This document shows, in pieces, positions 27,899 through 35,298 of a DNA stretch of 64,000 nt. The notes under the pieces were generated by a model. That model did no database searches. It was not told the DNA's origin and saw nothing but the letters and a program-made list of their open reading frames with translations. Origin of the DNA: Eubacteriales bacterium (GTDB taxonomy: Bacteria > Bacillota > Clostridia > Oscillospirales > CAG-272); assembly GCA_045128515.1 (NCBI GenBank), contig JBGVRO010000029.1, positions 25,585 to 89,584 on the forward strand, read 5' to 3'. Position 1 is the first letter of the stretch, and each line of letters begins with the position of its first letter. The position numbers were made by a program, and so were the translations under genes.

Positions 27899-28129
27899 AA
27901 TGATAATATTTCCTACCACAGACGGAAGAAAATTCTATCAATAAGCCCGCACTTTTAGAATCGGGCGTACCTATGTTTCGACAGAAAATGAAAAAAGCCA
28001 AAGATTTTTGGCTAAAAGCAAGATAATAAATTTCTATAAAAGGTTAAATATGTAGTAATTTGTCACACAAAGCGACTAAAAAATGGTCGCTTTGTGTTTT
28101 GCTTTGTCACTTGTTGAGTTACAAAAGCT

Positions 28130-28546
28130 TTAGTTTTCGTTTTCAATGGTTGATGTAACTGTATCAACTGTTCCATCATTACCTGTAATCAACAGAGTGA
28201 ATTTAGCTCTGTACATACCACTACCATTATTAATATCAAATTCATGATAAAAATCTCCGTTTAATTCGGTGGATGAAGCATTCCATTCGTAAACGTCGTT
28301 CCAGAATACTAAGAGAAATCTCTTTTGTACCTTAACGTTAAGATCTGCTCGTACAAAGCTGTCATAACCGTAGTATGTGACACCTATGTATCCTACGTTA
28401 TCTCTGGCAGCAAAGGAAAAGCCTCCATTACTAGTGTGAGATAAGCGAGGGGATATTCCTTCTTCTGTTGCAAAAGCAACTACGTGGGTCATGGACATTA
28501 CAGTTATAAGAAGGACAGCTATCAGTGTTTTTGTGATTTTTTTCAT
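28130..28546 (-). CDS. small secreted beta-rich protein of unknown function
   Basis: ORF 28130..28597. The ATG at 28546 (MKKITKTLIAVLLITVMSMTHVVAFA) follows AAAGGAG and carries a signal peptide. Confidence 0.7.
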   Translation of the reverse strand: MKKITKTLIAVLLITVMSMTHVVAFATEEGISPRLSHTSNGGFSFAARDNVGYIGVTYYGYDSFVRADLNVKVQKRFLLVFWNDVYEWNASSTELNGDFYHEFDINNGSGMYRAKFTLLITGNDGTVDTVTSTIENEN

Positions 28547-28635
28547 AAAAAATCTCCTTTTAAATAATATTTTTCGAGTTCTTGAAACAAAACTCACATA
28601 TATTACAAATGTCTTTTAATAGATTCTTCAAAAAA

Positions 28636-28670
28636 TAAAAAAATCCTGAAAAATTTTTCAGGATTTTTTT
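28636..28670. terminator. bidirectional terminator hairpin
   Basis: AATCCTGAAAAATTTTTCAGGATT, flanked by an A-run and a T-run. Confidence 0.75.
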
Positions 28671-28676
28671 GGTGTT

Positions 28677-29336
28677 CTATTTAATTTCTATTCCTTCGAT
28701 AAGTTGAACTATCTCATCATTTGATAAAATGACACTTGATTTAATCTGTAGTGAATATTCTTTATCATTCCATACGTAAAAATGATAATCATTTGCTGTC
28801 CTATAGTAAATTTCGTAGTTTTCTATTTCATTTATTTGCGAATACCCTTGTTCAATATCTATGTAAAATTCAGAAATACTTATTGCACGTTGCTCGAAAT
28901 AAATAAATTCACCTTTTTGATTTTCAAATTCATACTTATTATACAAGTCGGTTGTTATTTCGCGCTTCAAAGTATATCCTTCCGGCACATAACCGAGGCA
29001 ATAAACATCCTTGATACTCTCGGCGGATTCATCGTCTCCGTCATAAGTCAGCTTCACAAAGAACTCCTCAAACACCTCGCGGATCTCGTTGCGGAAGATA
29101 ATACCGCAGCTGGTAAGAAGAAGTGCTACTGCAATAAGGATAGCAATAATGCGCCTCATCTTGGGCGACCAAACGCGTTTTGTGTCAGCTTTGCCATAGA
29201 TAATCGTTCGCATAGCAAGTTTGTGTTTCTCGGAGTAGACTATTTCCTCGGTACACTCGTCAGCCATTTTGTCAAACTTGTTGCTGACGGCTTCGTTTAA
29301 TGCTTGTTTGAATAATTCCAGATTGCTTTTATCCAT
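28677..29336 (-). CDS. DUF4367-type single-pass membrane protein (anti-sigma-factor-like)
   Basis: Cytoplasmic N-terminal segment, one TM helix (IIAILIAVALLLTSCGIIF) and an extracellular domain. It overlaps the upstream sigma-factor gene by 8 nt. Confidence 0.75.
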   Translation of the reverse strand: MDKSNLELFKQALNEAVSNKFDKMADECTEEIVYSEKHKLAMRTIIYGKADTKRVWSPKMRRIIAILIAVALLLTSCGIIFRNEIREVFEEFFVKLTYDGDDESAESIKDVYCLGYVPEGYTLKREITTDLYNKYEFENQKGEFIYFEQRAISISEFYIDIEQGYSQINEIENYEIYYRTANDYHFYVWNDKEYSLQIKSSVILSNDEIVQLIEGIEIK

Positions 29337-29889
29337 TAATCTTTGCCCCTTTCAAGATTTCGAGTAAGAGCTTCTTGCCTCTGGCAAGTCGGGTATAGAC
29401 CGTTTTTGGAGAAATACCCATCAGTTCGGCAATTGCATTTGGGGTCATCTCCTTGCAGAAAAAGAGCTGCAGGGTGGTGCAGTACTTATCGTCAAGCTTT
29501 TCGATCGCTTTGACTATTTCACCATAGCATTCCTTCATTTTAAGCTCTTCTATAAAGTTATACTCTCCTGCAGAACTAAATTCTTCATCAAATTCAAAAT
29601 TTTCTTGATTGTCACTCAATACGTTACAAATTTCGTTACTTAATATGGCTAAACAATAATTTTTGACATCTTTCTCGTCGCGAGAAAAGTCTATATTATC
29701 TATGTACTTTGTTATTTTCATAAAGGCATTTTGTACGGCATCCTCAGCATCGTATGTGTAATTGCTCCTTCCTAAGGACTTGAATTTAGTAACCGCACAT
29801 TTCATCATATAGTCGTGATATTTGTTGTACAGATGTTCAATTTTCCCGTGATTAGACTCATCTGTAAGTGTTAATAGAAATTGTAACAT
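29329..29889 (-). CDS. RNA polymerase sigma factor, sigma-70 family (ECF-like)
   Basis: Region 2 (DAEDAVQNAFMKI) and region 4 HTH (MTPNAIAELMGISPKTVYTRLARGKKLL). RBS AGAGG. Confidence 0.85.
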   Translation of the reverse strand: MLQFLLTLTDESNHGKIEHLYNKYHDYMMKCAVTKFKSLGRSNYTYDAEDAVQNAFMKITKYIDNIDFSRDEKDVKNYCLAILSNEICNVLSDNQENFEFDEEFSSAGEYNFIEELKMKECYGEIVKAIEKLDDKYCTTLQLFFCKEMTPNAIAELMGISPKTVYTRLARGKKLLLEILKGAKING

Positions 29890-30311
29890 GATAACCTCTT
29901 GTTTTTATTTTTATTCTACTCATTATAGCATATTTCGACGTTTTAATCAATGATAAATATTTTTTATTATTTTTTACGAATTTTGAAGAATTTTGTCGCT
30001 ATGGTCCGTAATATATACAAAAATAAATCGCAGAAAGGGGCGAATCCAATGTTTTTGATGCAAAAGTTTTTTTGTCTAACTTATTAACGCCCGACATAGC
30101 AACGCCATGACGAGTCGAATCATTTCATAAAGGAAAAATCAATTTCTTGGGTGATCCACTAGGACCTGTTGTATTGTTGTGTTGGCTGAACGAAAATTTG
30201 CTGAGCATAGGGCTAACTGCAAGGACAAGCCCTCCGAAATGTGTCCTTGAACCACAGTTCACTTGCTGGTGGGCGAAATAAAATCTAAGATTAAAAAGGA
30301 AAATTAAAAAT

Positions 30312-31001
30312 ATGGCAGATCAAATTAATATTGGATATCCCGCAATTTCAGAAAAGGCATGGTGGATTATTAGAGATAAATTCAAGGCTTCATTACCATC
30401 TTCTTTTTCACCTACATATGTAAAATCTCTTTTGTCGATGGCGAGTGATAATTCTGCAAATAGCAATGTTATCACTCCGATGAAACGATTGGGTTTGATA
30501 GATGAAGAAAACAAGCCGACAGCATTGGCAAATCAGTGGAGAATCGATGATACGTATGGAAAGGCGTGCGAAACGATGCTTAAAGCTGTCTACCCAATAG
30601 AACTGCTTGATTTATTCCCGGATGAAGTAGTAGATAAAAATTCTGCACGTACTTGGTTTATGAGTAATGGCGTAGGACAAGCTGCTGCGGATAAGATGAT
30701 AGCGTTGTTTGTTTTGTTGAAAGAGGGAAAAGTAAAGGATAAAAAGACGTCTCTAGCTAAAAAAACAAACACTACAACTTCCGCAAAAGAAGCTAAAAAA
30801 GTTACGACTACTCGTACAGAAAAAGCTATTCATGCTGAATCTCTTGTTGTAGAACCAACGGTGCAAAATTCTGCTCCTGTAAGTAATCGTCCTAATTTGC
30901 ACATTGACTTGCAAATACATATTTCACCTGAGTCGACTCCCGAGCAAATAGAGTGCATCTTTGCGAGCATGGCGAAGCACTTGTATGGAGAGGGTAAATA
31001 A
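30312..31001 (+). CDS. DUF5343-like protein with a K/T-rich linker and a short conserved C-terminal tail
   Basis: 229 aa. Globular N domain (MADQINIGYPAISEKAWWIIRDKF...MIALFVLLKEG), a low-complexity linker (KVKDKKTSLAKKTNTTTSAKEAKKVTTTRTEK) and the tail NLHIDLQIHISPESTPEQIECIFASMAKHLYG. The stop overlaps the next start (TAATG). Family name is from memory. Confidence 0.75.
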   Translation: MADQINIGYPAISEKAWWIIRDKFKASLPSSFSPTYVKSLLSMASDNSANSNVITPMKRLGLIDEENKPTALANQWRIDDTYGKACETMLKAVYPIELLDLFPDEVVDKNSARTWFMSNGVGQAAADKMIALFVLLKEGKVKDKKTSLAKKTNTTTSAKEAKKVTTTRTEKAIHAESLVVEPTVQNSAPVSNRPNLHIDLQIHISPESTPEQIECIFASMAKHLYGEGK

Positions 31002-31516
31002 TGAATAATCCTTCTGACGTTTTGATTATAACGCAAAAAATACAGCAAGACCTTATATTCTTAGGTTTCTCTTGTGATGCCGCGCATAATGGAAAAAGTT
31101 CTTCGAATTTTTTTGATGAACTTGTTACTAATAAAACGTTGCGTAAAAAGACAGGGAAACTATTTAAAGATGGTCACCACGCAAGAGCTGTAGAAGAAGC
31201 GTATAAATTGTTGGATAATATTGTAAAAAACAAGGCAGGCATGAGTCAATCCTCTACAACGGGTTCGGCTTTGATGCAGAAGGCTTTTACTCCAAACAAG
31301 CCGATTTTGAAGTTGAATGCCGGGGGGACGCCATCTGAAATGGATGAACAAAATGGTTATATGCAAATTTTTGCAGGCTGTATGACAGGCATTAGAAATC
31401 CGAGGGCTCACGAATCCGATTGGGAAGACACCGAGGAAAGGGCTCTACAACTCATAATCTTTGCCAATCATTTGATTGAACGAGCACAGCTTTCTGAAGT
31501 TTCAGTGGCCCAATAA
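31001..31516 (+). CDS. TIGR02391 / Hypoth_Ymh family protein
   Basis: 171 aa. LFKDGHHARAVEEAYKLLDNIVK ... GSALMQKAF ... DEQNGYMQIFAGCMTGIRNPRAHE ... ALQLIIFANHLIERA matches the family signature as I remember it (GHY..AV.EA.K, RNP.AHE). Confidence 0.8.
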   Translation: MNNPSDVLIITQKIQQDLIFLGFSCDAAHNGKSSSNFFDELVTNKTLRKKTGKLFKDGHHARAVEEAYKLLDNIVKNKAGMSQSSTTGSALMQKAFTPNKPILKLNAGGTPSEMDEQNGYMQIFAGCMTGIRNPRAHESDWEDTEERALQLIIFANHLIERAQLSEVSVAQ

Positions 31517-31601
31517 AAAATTGTGATATAAGGAGCTTTTTGTGGCAAGATATTGACAATTGTTTATCAGATACCTAAAAAACAAGGGTATTCCACAAAT
31601 C

Positions 31602-31645
31602 TGCGTAGCAAATTGCGTAACACCTCTCATAAAAACTGCGTAACA
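31602..31645 (+). repeat. three direct copies of TGCGTA(A/G)CA
   Basis: TGCGTAGCA 31602-31610, TGCGTAACA 31614-31622, TGCGTAACA 31637-31645. Two hairpins follow (31663-31692 and 31713-31754). Confidence 0.5.
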
Positions 31646-31796
31646 GAAAAGAAAAGAGGGCATTTGGGAGTTTCCTCCCAAATGCCCTTAAAGCCTTGAT
31701 ATATAAAGAAAATCGGACGGGGCTACGAAGAATAGCACCACGTCCGATTTTGGTCTAAGTGACAAAGCCTAATTTGATACAACCCAAATCCCTTGG

Positions 31797-31865
31797 TTTT
31801 CCTATTACTACGTAATAGGAACTTTTTATTTTTTTCGCCTAAAAGACGATATTTTTGTCATTTTC
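31797..31865 (+). repeat. 69-bp direct repeat, copy B (palindrome CCTATTACTACGTAATAGG)
   Basis: See copy A at 27178-27246. Confidence 0.75.
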
Positions 31866-32046
31866 AAGCTCAATTTTTGCTCATTTTTGCACACTTTCAA
31901 AACCTCGAAAAATGCCTGAAAATGCCCCAAAAACAGCCTACTTATTAAAATCCTTGTGGTATTTAGAACCATGTTTTGAAACAGTTTTTACTGACTATAC
32001 CGAAAAACTCTTTGAAACATCCAAGCATTTTAAAACTTGCAAAGAT

Positions 32047-32075
32047 TTCATTTTTATGGTACAATAGGATACATA
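32047..32075 (+). promoter_or_regulatory. sigma-A type promoter now driving only a gene remnant
   Basis: TTGCAA (32047-32052), 17-nt spacer ending in TGG, TACAAT (32070-32075). Downstream, GGAGG plus ATG is followed at once by TAA. Confidence 0.55.
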
Positions 32076-32128
32076 GAAGAGGTTGGAGGTAGAAAAGTAT
32101 GTAAGATAATTTACATCGCCGCTATTTG

Positions 32129-32518
32129 CATTATGATTACGATGCAGAGATTAAATAGAAATATAGTAATACACCTGTATATAAAGAGTACAAATCAAAG
32201 ACTAAGGGATATGGTGAAGCGAAATGGGTTGCTAATAATCTTGCCCTTTGGGTTGTATTTTCAGAGTTTGCAGATCTTAAGAAAGCTGGATTAGAGCCTT
32301 AATCCATTGAAGCACAAGATTTAGTTGTGAAACTTCAGAAGACTATAACAAAGTATTATTACACTTGTACCGATGAAACTCTTGCCGGTCTTGGTCAAAT
32401 GTACGTAGCAGACGAAAGATTCAAAAATATAGATAAAAATAATACAGAGGGAAGCGCAGAGTTTGCTTCAAAAACAATAGCTATTTATTGCGCGCAAAAG
32501 TCTAATAATGTAAAGTAA
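32129..32518 (+). pseudogene. remnant of a MerR/TipA-type regulator (TipAS effector domain only, two in-frame stops)
   Basis: A single frame reads HYDYDAEIK*KYSNTPVYKEYKSKTKGYGEAKW...AGLEP*SIEAQDLVVKLQKTI...LAGLGQMYVADERFKNIDK. Stops lie at 32156 and 32300. No N-terminal HTH is present. Confidence 0.7.
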
Positions 32519-32562
32519 TGTTTGCGTATGAGCATAAAAACATAGAAAAACGAGGAAATCTT

Positions 32563-32796
32563 ATGTCACATCCTAAAATAAAACGCAACGCAATTAAGTG
32601 TAAAACTTGTGGAGATATAATCGAATCAAAGCATACTCACGATTTTGTAACTTCCTCTTGTCAGAGCTGTTCAGTAGATGGTAGATTAAGCTATGTTACC
32701 CGACCCGCACGAACTTTAATTTTTCAAAGGCATAATCGAATCGCAAAGAACAATAGATCAAGCGTTAAATACCAATTTACCCTTACCGATGGGTGA
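32563..32796 (+). CDS. small zinc-ribbon protein, possibly degraded
   Basis: MSHPKIKRNAIKCKTCGDIIESKHTHDFVTSSCQSCSVDG. The C-terminal half looks unlike a folded domain. Confidence 0.35.
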   Translation: MSHPKIKRNAIKCKTCGDIIESKHTHDFVTSSCQSCSVDGRLSYVTRPARTLIFQRHNRIAKNNRSSVKYQFTLTDG

Positions 32797-33017
32797 GATT
32801 TTAGATGTTTTGGCACATAAATTTTGTTATTTTGCAAATAAACAATGATGACCCGTTATAGATAACATTGACACAGTCAGTCCGTTTTACCAACGCCATG
32901 CTCTCAATTTTCAAACGAATTGGGGGTGATGGAGAGGGGGATACATAAATTTATTGAAAAACTATTGACAATATAACGTGTACCGTTATAATATTATTAA
33001 AAACGGAGATGAACCTT

Positions 33018-33205
33018 ATGCTTGAAAGATTATTAATCGAAAGGCAAATGTCCGTTTATCAATGCGCATAGCTCGGTAGCATCCATACACTACCTTGTTT
33101 GAAATAGTGGAAGGGAAGACCAATATCGGCAAATATTTTAGAGCAAATTTTGCCATCTTGTAAATTTTGAATGGACTGCGAGATATGAGCACCACTTTGG
33201 GCTAA
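33018..33205 (+). pseudogene. frameshifted short XRE-family HTH gene
   Basis: MLERLLIERQMSVYQCA* is followed, in the +1 frame, by HPYTTLFEIVEGKTNIGKYFRANFAIL*. RBS GGAG and a consensus promoter (TTGACA-16-TATAAT, about 32966-32993) remain. Confidence 0.6.
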
Positions 33206-33276
33206 AAAAAACTACAAATTATTATAAATATATTATTTAAAGTAATGGCGAAAAATTGTATAGGAGGCAGAAGTAT

Positions 33277-34467
33277 ATGATAAAATTTGAATGTGGTTGT
33301 TCAATGGGTTCTCACAAAGCTCCCTTGGAGGGCTACGATATTTCATCGGGAGCAATAAAAAATATACCCCAAATACTTAAGGATTACAGTAAGGTATATA
33401 TGGTGGCGGACACCAATACATATGCCGCTGCGGGAGAGGCTGTTGAGAAAATTCTTAAAGAAGCAGGAAAGCATTATCGCACGTGCGTTCTTGAAGGCGA
33501 AGTAATATTGCCGAACGCAGATACCTTGGGAAAAATTATTCTTAATGCAAGCGATCCTGCCGCAAAACCCAATATATTTGCTTATTCCGATTTGCCTGAT
33601 TTTATTTTGGCAGTTGGTTCGGGAACGATAAATGACTCCTGCCGTCTTGCGAGCTACCGTCTGAACCTTCCATACGGAATTGTTGGGACAGCACCCTCTA
33701 TGGACGGCTATGCATCTGCAGGTACACCATTTCTCTTCAATGGTTCAAAGGCGACCATTCAGTGTACAACCCCCAAATATATTATAGGAGACCTGGATAT
33801 TCTCAAGGATGCACCGTTCAAGATGATGCTTGCGGGAATTGGTGATATGTTTGGTAAATACATAGGAATTCTTGACTGGGAGCTGGCAAGAGATTATTCG
33901 GGAGAATATTTCTGCGATAAAATCGCTAAAGACGTTATTGATGCGACTGATAAATGTCTGAAGAACGGATATGAGCTTGCAAAGCGTGATAAAGAATGCA
34001 TAAAGAACGTTATGGAAGGCTTCCTCGTTACAGGACTTGGAATGGCATATACAGGAAATTCGCGCCCTGCATCGGGCTCTGAGCATATAATTGCTCACGC
34101 GTGGGAGCTTTATGATATTGAGCACGGTAATCACCCTCATCTTCACGGACTTGAAGTGTGCGAGGCTACCCGCCTTGTTGCGATAATGTATAAAATGCTT
34201 TACAAGGAGACGAGCGACAGTCATCTTAAGGAATTGATTTCCAAATATATTCCGTATTTTGATGCGGTTGAAGAATTTTGTGTTAAGATGAATGTTCCTC
34301 CAACTGTTACGGATCGTCAGATAATCATTGACGGCATTCACCGCGCGATCATTATGAGAGATAGATATACTATTCTTTTCTATTTGCGCGACCAAGGCAG
34401 GCTTGAAGAGTATGCAGAAAAGGCTACCGATGCTTTGCTCGATACGTTAAATATTCAAAATAAATAA
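33277..34467 (+). CDS. iron-containing alcohol dehydrogenase family protein, AraM/EgsA-like sn-glycerol-1-phosphate dehydrogenase
   Basis: ORF 33256..34467. The ATG at 33277 follows AGGAGG. GSGTINDSCRLASYRLNLPYGIVGTAPSMDGYAS and SGSEHIIAHAWE motifs. Confidence 0.75.
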   Translation: MIKFECGCSMGSHKAPLEGYDISSGAIKNIPQILKDYSKVYMVADTNTYAAAGEAVEKILKEAGKHYRTCVLEGEVILPNADTLGKIILNASDPAAKPNIFAYSDLPDFILAVGSGTINDSCRLASYRLNLPYGIVGTAPSMDGYASAGTPFLFNGSKATIQCTTPKYIIGDLDILKDAPFKMMLAGIGDMFGKYIGILDWELARDYSGEYFCDKIAKDVIDATDKCLKNGYELAKRDKECIKNVMEGFLVTGLGMAYTGNSRPASGSEHIIAHAWELYDIEHGNHPHLHGLEVCEATRLVAIMYKMLYKETSDSHLKELISKYIPYFDAVEEFCVKMNVPPTVTDRQIIIDGIHRAIIMRDRYTILFYLRDQGRLEEYAEKATDALLDTLNIQNK

Positions 34468-34486
34468 TTATAAGGTAAAATAAGTA

Positions 34487-35203
34487 ATGATTAAGGTATT
34501 TGCATTTGATCTTGATGGAACTTTAACACAGCATAAAACACCTATAGATGATAAAAATCGTGCGGTGCTTGAAAATCTTGCAAAACGATATAAGCTTTTA
34601 ATGGTAGGAGCAGGCAATTGTGTGCGCATACATAAGCAGCTTGGTGGCTTTCCGATTGACGTTATAGGAAATTACGGAATGCAATATGCCAAGTATGAAA
34701 ACGGAGAACTTAAGATCGTCCGTGACGATGGCGTTGTATGTCAGGATCGCGAGTGCGTTGAAAAAATAGCTTATAGCTTTAGAGATAAATACGGATTTAC
34801 TGAATTTTCAGGTGATAACGTTGAATATCATGCCTCGGGATGCTTAACATTCCCCATACTTGGAACCACAGCTCGAAATGAGGATAAATTGAAGTTTGAT
34901 CCCGATAGAAAAAAACGTCGCGCTATTTATGATGAGATCTGCGCGGCATTTCCTGATTATAATGTATTCGTTGGAGGCTCTTCCTCATTTGATATGGCAC
35001 CCAAGCCGTTCAACAAGTATTATGCGCTTGATTTGTGGTGCAAGGAGAACGGATTTGAACACGGTGAGGTAGCATTTGTCGGTGACGATTACGGCATAGG
35101 TGGCAATGATGAAAGCGTATATATATCCGACTTTAAATTCGTAACCATCGACGATTATACTAAATTATCAGAGGTGCTTGCCCCTTGGCTTGATCAGGAA
35201 TGA
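34487..35203 (+). CDS. HAD-IIB (Cof/AraL-like) sugar phosphatase
   Basis: FAFDLDGTLTQHKTPI motif I and GDDYGIGGNDES late motif. Confidence 0.75.
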   Translation: MIKVFAFDLDGTLTQHKTPIDDKNRAVLENLAKRYKLLMVGAGNCVRIHKQLGGFPIDVIGNYGMQYAKYENGELKIVRDDGVVCQDRECVEKIAYSFRDKYGFTEFSGDNVEYHASGCLTFPILGTTARNEDKLKFDPDRKKRRAIYDEICAAFPDYNVFVGGSSSFDMAPKPFNKYYALDLWCKENGFEHGEVAFVGDDYGIGGNDESVYISDFKFVTIDDYTKLSEVLAPWLDQE

Positions 35204-35232
35204 GTAATGTAAAACAGCATATCCCATATATA

Positions 35233-35268
35233 CATAAAACCGCGAGCCTGGTGGCTCGCGGTTTTATG
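35233..35268. terminator. bidirectional terminator
   Basis: ATAAAACCGCGAGCC tggt GGCTCGCGGTTTTAT. Confidence 0.85.
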
Positions 35269-35298
35269 TATAACAGAAGCGAAAAAGCGCTCCGCTCA

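Larger units (their letters stand above)
27053..33255. mobile_element. decayed AT-richer accessory island (no recombinase left)
   Basis: The island starts at a disrupted membrane-protein gene. It contains a 69-bp direct-repeat pair, regulatory cassettes typical of clostridial mobile DNA and at least two pseudogenes. Composition and codon usage differ visibly from the flanks, but were not computed. Confidence 0.5.

Noticed and set aside
28067-28097. Hairpin ACAAAGCGAC ... GTCGCTTTGT between the secreted-protein gene and the HTH gene.
   Set aside because: The T-run is weak on either strand, so it was left unannotated as ambiguous.
30140-30277. 45-codon TTG-initiated ORF (LGDPLGPVVLLCWLNENLL...) inside the leader upstream of the DUF5343-like gene.
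   Set aside because: It has no RBS and an atypical composition, and it overlaps the predicted RNA structure. I kept the region as non-coding but cannot exclude a small peptide.
31855-32067. 70-aa ORF in the island.
   Set aside because: It lies across repeat copy B and a promoter. It has no RBS and a low-complexity translation, so it is most likely non-coding relic DNA.
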